Notes under the pieces: model-generated
The model's database searches: none
What the model was told of the DNA's origin: nothing
Seen by the model: only the letters and a program-made list of their open reading frames with translations
Shown here: positions 1-7,891 of the stretch, piece after piece
How the letters are laid out: each line of letters begins with the position of its first letter
Numbering within the stretch: position 1 is the stretch's first letter
Made by a program: the position numbers and the translations under genes
Virus record (IMG/VR): IMGVR_UViG_3300045612_000232
Direction: 5' to 3' (one strand)
DNA from: a virus
DNA: 45,876 nucleotides

Positions 1-127
1 AACTGGAAACAAAGTTGCAATGAAGCTGAACACGCGGGTGATCTAAACCAGCTAACTGAGTCATTAGTTAAAGACCATATGTATTACCAGAACATGCGAC
101 AAGCTATGTTGCAACGCGCCAAAGCTC
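1..127. repeat. Terminal overlap, identical to 45750-45876 (circular-assembly closure)
   Basis: Direct reading: both copies run aactggaaacaaagttgcaatgaagctgaac...gcaacgcgccaaagctc. The repeat lies inside an ORF that stays in frame across the junction. Confidence 0.95.
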
Positions 128-360
128 TTAATTGCACTTTTGATAAAGAACAAAATAAATGGATTAGTCCTCCTGAATTTTTAGGCATCAGTGACGCTCA
201 AAGAGATGAACTCCAAGATTTTATTGCTGAGCGCGGCTTGGATATCAAAAGCGTATGTGAATACCTTGGCTTAGATGCATTAACTCAAATCGAAGTTTCA
301 AAACTTGAAGCTGTAAAACAGGAAATCGACAACCTAGCTAAACAGGAATTACATGCATGA
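1..360 (+). CDS. 3' part of the junction-spanning Sak4-like ATPase (the track ORF 79-360 is only its C-terminal fragment)
   Basis: Frame 1 is open from base 1 (NWKQSCNEAEHAGDL...) to the TGA at 358-360, and is in frame with 44988-45876. Confidence 0.8.
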   Translation, partial: NWKQSCNEAEHAGDLNQLTESLVKDHMYYQNMRQAMLQRAKALNCTFDKEQNKWISPPEFLGISDAQRDELQDFIAERGLDIKSVCEYLGLDALTQIEVSKLEAVKQEIDNLAKQELHA

Positions 361-1031
361 GCGCAATAATTTTAGACACTGAAACTCATGACATTAACGG
401 CTATCCAATCGAGATAGCCCATGTTCCTGTCTACTTTGAAAACGGTGAATTGGTCGTTAATAAAGATGCTTGTTTTGATGAGTACTTTTCATGTCCTGAA
501 CCGATTAGCTACGGTGCTATGGCTGTGCATCACATTCTTGAATCTGACATAGCTGGAAAGCCAAGTTATGAGACATTCAGATTGCCTGTAGGTGTGCAAT
601 ACATTATTGGCCACAATGTTGATTACGATATTGAGGCAATCAAACTGGCTGATAAGACTATTAATGTTAAGGCAATTTGTACTTTAGCTTTGGCGCGTAT
701 GGTTTGGCCAGATGATGCACATAATTTATCAGCACTAATCTACAAATTTACTAATGGATCTGAAAAAGCACGTCAAAGCATTCGAAATGCACATAACGCT
801 AAACAGGATGTTTTGCTTACAGCAGCTCTATTAAAGAATATTTGCAAAGTGCTTGGTGTTAAAGACATGCAATCCCTTTTCTTGTTTTCTGAACAAGCCC
901 GCATCCCTACGCATCTGACCTTTGGCAAACACAAAGGCACGGCTATTAAAGACATTCCTGCCGATTATGTTACTTGGTTACTTAAACAAGATGACTTAGA
1001 TCCATATTTACGCAAAGCATTAAAAGGATAA
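357..1031 (+). CDS. DEDDh 3'-5' exonuclease (ExoX/DnaQ-like) with a C-terminal KxKG/DUF3820-type tail
   Basis: Exo I 'IILDTETHD', Exo II 'IGHNVDYD', Exo III 'AHNAKQDV'. C-terminal 'FGKHKGTAIKDIPADYVTWLL'. ATGA overlap with the upstream stop. Confidence 0.8.
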   Translation: MSAIILDTETHDINGYPIEIAHVPVYFENGELVVNKDACFDEYFSCPEPISYGAMAVHHILESDIAGKPSYETFRLPVGVQYIIGHNVDYDIEAIKLADKTINVKAICTLALARMVWPDDAHNLSALIYKFTNGSEKARQSIRNAHNAKQDVLLTAALLKNICKVLGVKDMQSLFLFSEQARIPTHLTFGKHKGTAIKDIPADYVTWLLKQDDLDPYLRKALKG

Positions 1032-1035
1032 TAAG

Positions 1036-2148
1036 ATGACTAATATTTTAAATGCACAAGAAGCTTTCACCGCTCTACAAAAAGGTAAAACTGTTCTATG
1101 TCGCTATGCTGGTGATGGCACTCTTCATGCTGATAAAGATTTCAGTACCTTGGATCAGATGCCAGCGACAGTTTTTGCTTTGCCTAATTATGAATTTTGC
1201 ATTCAAGTTGAAATGCTTGAGTTAGCTGGTATTACATTTACCAAACCAATGATTGTTGATGATTTAGAAGTTGGGACTGAGGTATTTGTTGTTAATCCGG
1301 CAGGTTTTATTCTGCAATGCACTTACCAGGGAATTGGTGATGCTATTATTACTATGGTTGATAGTGGTTTTGCTCAACGCGATCTAGACAATGCGCGATT
1401 GCAGTATGAAGCTCTTTGTAAACTGCTTGGCGGAAATGCAATTAAGTTGGCACCTGTTAAAACTATAGAGGAATTGGAAGCAGAAATTAAGACGCCTAAA
1501 AAACGCTCATCAAAAAAACAGAATAATGATGTTCTCGAAGTTAAACTGCAATCTAATATCGCTGCTAACGACGATAATTCCTTAGATGACATCATCGGTC
1601 CAGTTGGTGATCAAAAACCTACCTCAAATGATGTTGAAAAAAAGACATTGGATGAGATAGCAACACAATCTGAAATTCAGAATAATCCAACTTCATTTGA
1701 TGCTGTTGCCGCAGCTGTTGTTAATAAAGCTAAAGAAATCGATGAAGTTACTTTAGAAAATAACTCTAAGAAATTAGCTAATGATGAATCTGAATACCAG
1801 GAGAAACTTGCAACTTTAAAACAACGTGTTGATGAGTCAAAAACAGTTACAGAGGTAAATGCTGTTGTTAAATATACGACTGGCTGGACCACTGAACAAC
1901 TTGCGCCACTTTTAAAATACATGCACAAACGCTTAGAAGTACTTCAACAAAATAAGGCAGCTGAGCAACCATCACTAATGGTTCGTATTCAGAATGCACC
2001 TGACCTTACTGCTCTTGATGCACTTGAAATAGATGTCTCAAGTTTGGATCCAGTTATTCAACCTGAAATGATGCGTCATGTAAGAACACGTCGATTAGAA
2101 CTAGAAAAAGCTTTGTCAGTTGCAATAAATGACGAGGATCTGCCATGA
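1036..2148 (+). CDS. Hypothetical 370-aa protein of the recombination module, with a low-complexity centre and an acidic C-terminus 'INDEDLP'
   Basis: Long ORF starting 4 nt after the exonuclease stop. Its stop overlaps the next ATG. No motif firmly recognised. Confidence 0.7.
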   Translation: MTNILNAQEAFTALQKGKTVLCRYAGDGTLHADKDFSTLDQMPATVFALPNYEFCIQVEMLELAGITFTKPMIVDDLEVGTEVFVVNPAGFILQCTYQGIGDAIITMVDSGFAQRDLDNARLQYEALCKLLGGNAIKLAPVKTIEELEAEIKTPKKRSSKKQNNDVLEVKLQSNIAANDDNSLDDIIGPVGDQKPTSNDVEKKTLDEIATQSEIQNNPTSFDAVAAAVVNKAKEIDEVTLENNSKKLANDESEYQEKLATLKQRVDESKTVTEVNAVVKYTTGWTTEQLAPLLKYMHKRLEVLQQNKAAEQPSLMVRIQNAPDLTALDALEIDVSSLDPVIQPEMMRHVRTRRLELEKALSVAINDEDLP

Positions 2149-2297
2149 AATTCAAATACTCAACCCTCACCCGAACACTTGAAGTGTTCGGAAGCAAGAT
2201 GACTCACATTTATGAAAATGTCAGCGCTGGTGAAATAGAAGATCTTATTGTAAATGCAAAATTTAAAGAGGCTAACTTTAAGAAGAAGGTAGTGTGA
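2145..2297 (+). CDS. Small hypothetical protein (50 aa, MKFKYSTLTRTLEVFGSK...)
   Basis: ATG at 2145 overlaps the upstream TGA (ATGA), and its own stop overlaps the xis start region. Below the ORF-track length cutoff. Confidence 0.45.
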   Translation: MKFKYSTLTRTLEVFGSKMTHIYENVSAGEIEDLIVNAKFKEANFKKKVV

Positions 2298-2299
2298 AG

Positions 2300-2479
2300 A
2301 TGACAGAAGTATTATTGACCGCAAGTGATGTGCAGCGTATCTTATGTATATCGCGCACCACTCTATATAGATATATAAATGATGGGTTACTGACTCGAAT
2401 AAAGTTAGGTAAAGGGCGAAATAGCAGCATTAGATTCTCCCCTTCAGAGATAGAAAATTTGAAAGAACAAGGCGCTTAA
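2300..2479 (+). CDS. xis: Excisionase / AlpA-family HTH_17 DNA-binding protein
   Basis: 'LLTASDVQRILCISRTTLYRYINDGLL' is the MerR-like Xis/AlpA helix-turn-helix. Sits just upstream of attP and int. Start is ambiguous (GTG 2294 or ATG 2300). Confidence 0.8.
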   Translation: MTEVLLTASDVQRILCISRTTLYRYINDGLLTRIKLGKGRNSSIRFSPSEIENLKEQGA

Positions 2480-2490
2480 AGCGCCTTTAC
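2469..2490 (+). terminator. Hairpin terminator after xis
   Basis: aaggcgc-ttaaa-gcgcctt, a 7-bp stem that includes the xis stop codon. The T-tract after it is weak. Confidence 0.5.
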
Positions 2491-2513
2491 AATTCAGGGT
2501 AGTTTTAATCTTT

Positions 2514-2771
2514 GCGGTATATTTTACGGTATATTCAAAATACAAAAATTAAATATTTATTATTATCAATAACTTGATTAAAAAGTATTGTTTCCGCTGA
2601 GCGCACCAAAAATAAGTTTCATGTAGTATCAAATAGCTCCAAAAACCTTACAAAATAAGACTTTTAAGCATTTCCCTTGTATCACGTTGTATCATTAAAT
2701 ATCTTCTTGTACCGTAAAAATAGCGGTATATTTAACGGTACATTGAAATCATAAAATCTAATATACCGTTA
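2514..2771. promoter_or_regulatory. attP region with integrase arm-type repeats (CGGTAYATT)
   Basis: Direct copies at 2515-2523, 2527-2535, 2724-2732 and 2736-2744, each pair 12 bp apart. Inverted copies near 2707-2715 and at 2760-2768. They flank an AT-rich ~180-bp centre. Confidence 0.65.
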
Positions 2772-2773
2772 TT

Positions 2774-4027
2774 ATGGCTAAAATCGTTACCCCACTTACT
2801 GATAGTAAGATAAGAACTGTTATTTCTAATCAAAAAAAAGAAGATCAAAAGAGAGCTTTTAAGTTAGCTGACGGTAAAGGCTTGTATCTATTGATAGATA
2901 AGCATGGTGGTACTTATTGGCGATTCGACTATACACGCCCTATCGTTAAGACTCGTAATACTATTGCTATTGGTGTCTACCCAGAAATTACATTAGCTCA
3001 AGCACGGCAGTATCGAGAAAAATTCAGATCAGAGCTAGCTAACAACCAAGATCCAGCAACTGAGAAGAAACATGAAGAACATCGTCAGGTATTTGCTTTA
3101 AAAAATACTTTTGAAGCGATAGCTAAAGACTTCATGGAAACCGAAGTACTTGCGGAATCTACATCCCAAAGAAATCAGTTTGTTTATAAATACCTTTTTC
3201 AAGCTATTGGTCATCGCCCTATCAACGAGATCACAGCAATTGAGTTATTAGACATTTGCAAGATTTATGAAAAACAAGGAAAAGTAGAAACTGCAAGAAG
3301 AATGCGGTCAAAAGCTTCTCAAGTGTTTAAATATGCTATTGCGTTAGGCATTTGTGATCGAAATGTTGCTCATGATATTCAAGGAATCATTAAACCAAGA
3401 AAATCTGAACACAATGCTGCAATAACAGATCCAAAGTTACTTGGTAAATTAGTATATTTAGTTGAGCAATATAATGGTCGTGGATCTATATCCGTCGCAT
3501 ATGCAATAAAGATACTGCCTCATGTTTTTACGAGACCAGGAGACTTACGACAAGCAAAATGGGCCGACATAGATTTTGATAATAAACAGTGGAAATTCAC
3601 ACCCAAGAAAACAGCAAACTCACTTTCTATAGATCTTATTGTTCCCTTGTCTGATCAGGTTTTTCAGTATTTTAAAGAACTATATACAATAAATGGAAAT
3701 CAGGAGTTTTGCTTTGCTAGTAACTCCACTGCTGGTGTTATAAGTGAATCAAGCATCAATAAAGCACTTAAGAATTTAGGTTTTATTAATGGTGAGACAA
3801 CTGGACATGGCTTTCGTGCAACTGCAAGAACTCTCTTGGATGAAGTTTTGAGATTTCCAATTGAACGAATTGAACAGCAACTTGGCCATCAGGTTAGAGA
3901 TGTGAATGGTCGTGCATACAATAGAACTAAGTATCTTGAAGAGCGTGTTGTGATGATGCAAGCTTGGTCAGACTACCTTGATTCATTAAAGAGCGAGTAT
4001 GAGAAATCTAAACTACTGCATGAATAA
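2774..4027 (+). CDS. int: Tyrosine integrase, P4-type (DUF4102 arm-binding N-terminus)
   Basis: 'LTDSKIRTV...FKLADGKGLYLLIDKHGGTYWRFDY' at the N-terminus. Catalytic region 'HGFRATARTLL', 'LGHQV', 'RAYNRTKY'. Confidence 0.95.
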   Translation: MAKIVTPLTDSKIRTVISNQKKEDQKRAFKLADGKGLYLLIDKHGGTYWRFDYTRPIVKTRNTIAIGVYPEITLAQARQYREKFRSELANNQDPATEKKHEEHRQVFALKNTFEAIAKDFMETEVLAESTSQRNQFVYKYLFQAIGHRPINEITAIELLDICKIYEKQGKVETARRMRSKASQVFKYAIALGICDRNVAHDIQGIIKPRKSEHNAAITDPKLLGKLVYLVEQYNGRGSISVAYAIKILPHVFTRPGDLRQAKWADIDFDNKQWKFTPKKTANSLSIDLIVPLSDQVFQYFKELYTINGNQEFCFASNSTAGVISESSINKALKNLGFINGETTGHGFRATARTLLDEVLRFPIERIEQQLGHQVRDVNGRAYNRTKYLEERVVMMQAWSDYLDSLKSEYEKSKLLHE

Positions 4028-4039
4028 TTGAGAATAAAA

Positions 4040-4165
4040 ATGAAAGACTGGATCTACTTCTACATTGAACACACTATCAAGTATGGCGAGCCTTTTTATA
4101 AAGAGGCTGGGTGGTCAATTGGTTTAAAGAATAGTTACGACATTATGACTAAATTACCAAGCTAG
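4040..4165 (+). CDS. Possible small ORF (41 aa, MKDWIYFYIEHTIKYGEPFYKEAGW...)
   Basis: ATG lies 12 nt after the int stop. No clear RBS and no motif. Confidence 0.25.
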   Translation: MKDWIYFYIEHTIKYGEPFYKEAGWSIGLKNSYDIMTKLPS

Positions 4166-4199
4166 TCGCATAGGAATTTTTTTAAATTGAGATCTTGAA

Positions 4200-4637
4200 A
4201 TGGAAAGTAATAAGAACATATTAATTAGAAACTTAGCTGAAAGTGTTCTTAGATGCCTCGAGAATGAATTAAGCGGATTTATTAATAGTTGCTACGAACG
4301 ATTCCCTCATGGCTGTTGCGATATTGCCTCTGGTCTATTATATAGAGCATTATGTAATGAAGGTTATGAGGATATTTTTATAATTAGAGGTGCAAATAAA
4401 GATAATTTATATCATGTTTGGGTTGAAGTTGATGAGTTAGTTATCGATTTAACTTCACATCAATTCGAACTCTTCGAAAAACCAATGATATTAATTAGAA
4501 AAAATGAATTTCCTTTAAATAAAATACCATTTTATTCTGATACTGAATTAACTGATATAAATGATTGGGACTATTTTAATTGCCTAGCTATTGAGTTTTT
4601 TGAGATTTTTTACAGTCAATATTATACTCGGCAATAA
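4200..4637 (+). CDS. Minimal transglutaminase-like / papain-fold protein (putative Cys-His-Asp triad)
   Basis: 'PHGCCDIASGLLYRALCNEGYEDIFIIRG' ... 'YHVWVEVDELVIDLT' follows the transglutaminase-core pattern G-x-C-x-x-(F/I)-A ... H-x-W-x-E-V ... D. The gene is visibly AT-rich and lies 27 nt upstream of the SRAP gene. Confidence 0.5.
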   Translation: MESNKNILIRNLAESVLRCLENELSGFINSCYERFPHGCCDIASGLLYRALCNEGYEDIFIIRGANKDNLYHVWVEVDELVIDLTSHQFELFEKPMILIRKNEFPLNKIPFYSDTELTDINDWDYFNCLAIEFFEIFYSQYYTRQ

Positions 4638-4664
4638 TTTAAAAATGTAAAACTGAGGTACTAC

Positions 4665-5309
4665 ATGTGTGCCAACTATCAACCGATTTCAAAAAGTCGC
4701 GCTCAATTTCTAAATTTGTTTGAGCCTACATTTGACTATAAAACCGACGTATACCCTAACTATGAAGGTCCAATCTTGTTCTCAAAACGCGGGAATATTG
4801 AATGGCGTTTAGCTCGATTTGGTCTAGTTGCACCATGGTTAGATGATATTAAGAAAGCAAAGAATACATATAACGCTAGAACAGAGACTGTGGCGACAAA
4901 ACCAAGTTTCCGTAATGCATGGAAGAAAAACCAATTTTGTCTTATTCCTGTTGAAACTATTTTTGAACCAAAATATATCGATGGCAAGTCTCATTGGTAT
5001 GGGATTTATCGCAGAGATGAAATGCCTTTTACTGTTGCTGGCATCTACGAATATGCGGTTATAGATGGCACTGAATACAGATCCATGTCTATGTTAACGA
5101 TCAACTCTGATTCACATCCCTTCATGAATCAATTCCATGCTCCTGAAGATGAAAAACGTTCAATAATTGTTATTCCTCAAGAGCGCAGAAATGATTGGTT
5201 GAATTGCTCACATGATCAAGCTCAAGATTTCTTCTTCGAGATGCCTGTAGATGAGTTCACAGCAGCACCAAAATCAGAAATGCATAAATTCCGACCAAAC
5301 GCTCATTAG
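4665..5309 (+). CDS. SOS-response-associated peptidase (SRAP; YedK/HMCES family abasic-site sensor)
   Basis: Met-Cys2 N-terminus 'MCANY'. 'YNARTETVATKPSFRNAWKKNQFCLIPVETIFE' matches the NAR-x-ET...F(R/K)...RCLIP...EW core. A downstream His lies in 'QFHAPEDEKRSIIVIP'. Confidence 0.85.
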   Translation: MCANYQPISKSRAQFLNLFEPTFDYKTDVYPNYEGPILFSKRGNIEWRLARFGLVAPWLDDIKKAKNTYNARTETVATKPSFRNAWKKNQFCLIPVETIFEPKYIDGKSHWYGIYRRDEMPFTVAGIYEYAVIDGTEYRSMSMLTINSDSHPFMNQFHAPEDEKRSIIVIPQERRNDWLNCSHDQAQDFFFEMPVDEFTAAPKSEMHKFRPNAH

Positions 5310-5436
5310 TCCACGACAAGCTGTGACTTCTTATTGTTTATCCACAGATAAATAAATTTGAATTTTAAAACTAAAAATCTTTAACATATATAGACAGATT
5401 CACTTCAAACACGCCTCGTAGCGTAGGAGTATCAAA

Positions 5437-6063
5437 ATGTCTAAGAAGTTGCCTATCTACTTCTCGGATGGTGCATGGTCGAGTTTACAAACTCTCATGG
5501 GACCTGAAGGGAAACCTAGTACTACCATCAATTCCTTGCTTGAACAGATCTCGATTCAAACAGATCTGATCGATAAGCTTGGTCTCACACCTATCCTTCC
5601 AAAGTCTAAATCCTCTATACCTATGGCTTTAGAGCGCATTCCAGCTGGTCCTGCTTTTGCGACCAAAGATGATCTAGAAACTACGGTGGATCTGAATGAA
5701 TATCTCATTCACAATCCTATATCATCGTTTATAGCACGTGTAGACAGTGAGTCGATGTTGGGTGCTGGCCTTGAAATTAATGATCCCATCATCATCGATC
5801 GAAGCATAGAAGCTGCTCATCAAGATATTGTAGTTGCACTGATCGACAATAAAGACTCTACGATCAAGCGACTTATGATTACAGCCAAAATGTCTAAGTC
5901 GGAAATCAAAGAGATCTTTGGGGATGAAGATTATCCTTTACCTAAGGTTTGGCTAAAAGCTGAGAATCCTGCTTTTCAACACATCATTCCTGACGATAGC
6001 CAAACTGTTGTTATATGGGGTGTGGTGACGTTCAACTTAAAGCGTATGTGTTACCGCTCATAA
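5437..6063 (+). CDS. umuD: UmuD-family S24 self-cleaving protein with an extended N-terminus (UmuDAb-like)
   Basis: '[29 protein letters not shown]' aligns with E. coli UmuD '[24 protein letters not shown]'. Putative Ala70-Gly71 cleavage site ('RIPAGPAF'). Lys in 'STIKRL'. AGGAG RBS. Confidence 0.9.
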   Translation: MSKKLPIYFSDGAWSSLQTLMGPEGKPSTTINSLLEQISIQTDLIDKLGLTPILPKSKSSIPMALERIPAGPAFATKDDLETTVDLNEYLIHNPISSFIARVDSESMLGAGLEINDPIIIDRSIEAAHQDIVVALIDNKDSTIKRLMITAKMSKSEIKEIFGDEDYPLPKVWLKAENPAFQHIIPDDSQTVVIWGVVTFNLKRMCYRS

Positions 6064-6077
6064 TAAGAAGAATAGTC

Positions 6078-7373
6078 ATGAAAAGTAATACAAGGATATT
6101 CGCGCTAGTGGATGTCAATAACATGTACGCATCTTGTGAACGTGTTTTTAATCCATCCCTTAATGATCGCCCAGTAATTGTGCTTAGCAATAATGATGGC
6201 TGTGCCGTGGCTAGAAGTCAGGAAGCAAAAGATCTCGGAATAAAAATGGGTGTTCCACTATTCCAGATTGAAGACATTGTTAAGAAGTACGATGTTCAGG
6301 TTCTCTCAAGTAACTACGCTCTATATGCTGAAATGTCACGCAGATTCATGAATCTGCTTAGCCAATATGTTGCGCCAGGAGAGCAAGAGATTTATAGCAT
6401 TGATGAGTGCTTTCTTGAATTAACAGCATTCGAGAAAAACTATGATCTAACTGAATACGCTCAGGAAATGAGATTGAAGGCTCAACAATGGCTAGGATTG
6501 CCCTGTTGCATTGGAATTGGCCGCAGTAAGACTGAGGCTAAAATTTCGAACCATATAGCGAAGAAAAATAAGTATTTCAATGGGGTTTGTAATTTAGTAG
6601 AGATGGACCCGTGTTCATCTGAGCAATTACTCGCGCAGATAGATATTGGCGAGGTTTGGGGCGTTGGTCGCCAAAACTGTAAGAAACTAAACTTAATGAA
6701 TATTAAGTCCGTATTGGATCTGATTGAGTCAAATCCGAAAGAGATTAAGAAAAGCTTTTCGATTGTAATGGAAAAAACTGTCCGCGAGTTGCAAGGCGTT
6801 TCATGCATCGATATTGAAAATGAAAACCCATCAAAGCAGCAAATCATAAGTAGCCGTTCGTATGGCCAACCCGTCTTAGAGAAAGATGATATTAAATCAT
6901 CAGTGCGATTATTCGTAACGAGAGCGGTAGAACGTATGCGTCATGATGGATCTATTTGTAAAATGATAGGTGTATTTATTCAGACTGGCCGTTTTAACCA
7001 GAGTGAAAAATACTCCCCCTACATCATTGTACAAATGCATGAACATACAGATGATTTATTAGAAATTACCAGGGCAGCAATGAAAGGGATCGATCAGATC
7101 TACAAGAAGGGATTCAAATATAAAAAGGCTGGCATCGTATTGCTCGAGTTAATTCCGAAGTCGAAATTTGTACCTGATTTATTCACTGACTACACGCACC
7201 GAAATCAGCGCGAAAAGCTTTCTAAAACGTTGGAAGCTATCAAACAAAAATACGGCAAAGATCATGTTTCATTAGGACTTTGCAATGACACTAAGGCTAT
7301 CTGGCAGATGAATCAAAACCGCCGATCGCCCTCTTATTTAACGAATTGGAATGAACTTTTTAGAATAGGATAA
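6078..7373 (+). CDS. umuC: UmuC, Y-family DNA polymerase V catalytic subunit
   Basis: '[52 protein letters not shown]' is near-colinear with the E. coli UmuC N-terminus. I prefer the ATG at 6078 over the track start at 6015, which overlaps umuD. Confidence 0.95.
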   Translation: MKSNTRIFALVDVNNMYASCERVFNPSLNDRPVIVLSNNDGCAVARSQEAKDLGIKMGVPLFQIEDIVKKYDVQVLSSNYALYAEMSRRFMNLLSQYVAPGEQEIYSIDECFLELTAFEKNYDLTEYAQEMRLKAQQWLGLPCCIGIGRSKTEAKISNHIAKKNKYFNGVCNLVEMDPCSSEQLLAQIDIGEVWGVGRQNCKKLNLMNIKSVLDLIESNPKEIKKSFSIVMEKTVRELQGVSCIDIENENPSKQQIISSRSYGQPVLEKDDIKSSVRLFVTRAVERMRHDGSICKMIGVFIQTGRFNQSEKYSPYIIVQMHEHTDDLLEITRAAMKGIDQIYKKGFKYKKAGIVLLELIPKSKFVPDLFTDYTHRNQREKLSKTLEAIKQKYGKDHVSLGLCNDTKAIWQMNQNRRSPSYLTNWNELFRIG

Positions 7374-7597
7374 TGACTATGCATTTATTTAAATTAACTG
7401 ATGAACAACTTACTCAAATGCTTATACCTGAACGTTTTGTTCCACCTACTCCACCAGAGTATGAAGGCAAGAATATGGTTTATGTATTTGATAGCGAGGA
7501 TTCGTTTAATCTTACTTACGATGAACTTGTAGAAATTATAAGAAAAGCAAGACAAGCAGGCCCAAGGATGGTGCCTGTGATTGGAACAGTAAGCTAA
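7373..7597 (+). CDS. Hypothetical 74-aa protein translationally coupled to umuC
   Basis: Its ATG overlaps the umuC TAA (TAATG). A bidirectional hairpin follows. Confidence 0.55.
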   Translation: MTMHLFKLTDEQLTQMLIPERFVPPTPPEYEGKNMVYVFDSEDSFNLTYDELVEIIRKARQAGPRMVPVIGTVS

Positions 7598-7615
7598 TTA
7601 GTTAAGATCAATATT

Positions 7616-7643
7616 CAAATAGCTCTTACATCAGAGCTATTTG
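7616..7643. terminator. Bidirectional hairpin between convergent genes
   Basis: caaatagctct-tacatc-agagctatttg, an 11-bp perfect stem. Confidence 0.6.
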
Positions 7644-7891
7644 ATACTCGAATTAATAATCTCATCAAAATTTGGATAAAATTTCTCTAAATTATTTATA
7701 AGCTGTATTTTAGAACTCTCATCATAGAGTTTGAATTTTAATGATTTTATATATTCTTCTACAAAAATTAATCGACTAAAGTCTGAGTCTTTAAGTGATT
7801 TCTCATTTAAAAACATATGATAAGTCAAAAGAAATCTATTCAGCCTATGATTAGTTCTGTTCCTTTCTCGAACATTCAATGTTTTATCCAT
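7637..7891 (-). CDS. Hypothetical 84-aa protein (AT-rich moron)
   Basis: GGAGGA-type RBS (plus strand 'ttcctcct' at 7897-7904). Convergent with the umuC operon and divergent from 8097-8330. Confidence 0.55.
   Translation of the reverse strand: MDKTLNVRERNRTNHRLNRFLLTYHMFLNEKSLKDSDFSRLIFVEEYIKSLKFKLYDESSKIQLINNLEKFYPNFDEIINSSIK

Noticed and set aside
1-127. 127-bp terminal repeat as a biological DTR or as IS/transposon ends
   Set aside because: The repeat is direct and lies inside a continuous in-frame coding sequence, and its length equals a common assembler k-mer. A circular-assembly overlap is the simpler explanation. Read data are needed to be certain.
1036-1140. N-terminus 'AQEAFTALQKGKTVLCRYAGDG' as a DUF2829/Tad2-like anti-Thoeris domain
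   Set aside because: Only a loose resemblance to the 'EALxALKxGKKVxRxGW' opening. The conserved Trp is missing and the protein is three times longer. This is not supportable without a profile search.
773-1928. Minus-strand ORFs 773-955, 1374-1595 and 1677-1928, antisense to the exonuclease and 370-aa genes
   Set aside because: They are fully embedded antisense to longer ORFs with recognisable motifs or operon coupling. They have no RBS, and their Leu/Ser/Cys-rich composition is typical of antisense frames.
2594-2608. A tRNA gene in the attP spacer
   Set aside because: Only a 15-nt acceptor-stem/CCA-like end is present, with no T-arm (GTTCRANYC) or upstream cloverleaf. At most it is a copy of the attB core, not a gene.
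6015-6077. Upstream extension of umuC (track start 6015)
   Set aside because: It would overlap the last 49 nt of umuD. Homology to UmuC begins right after the ATG at 6078 ([14 protein letters not shown]...).
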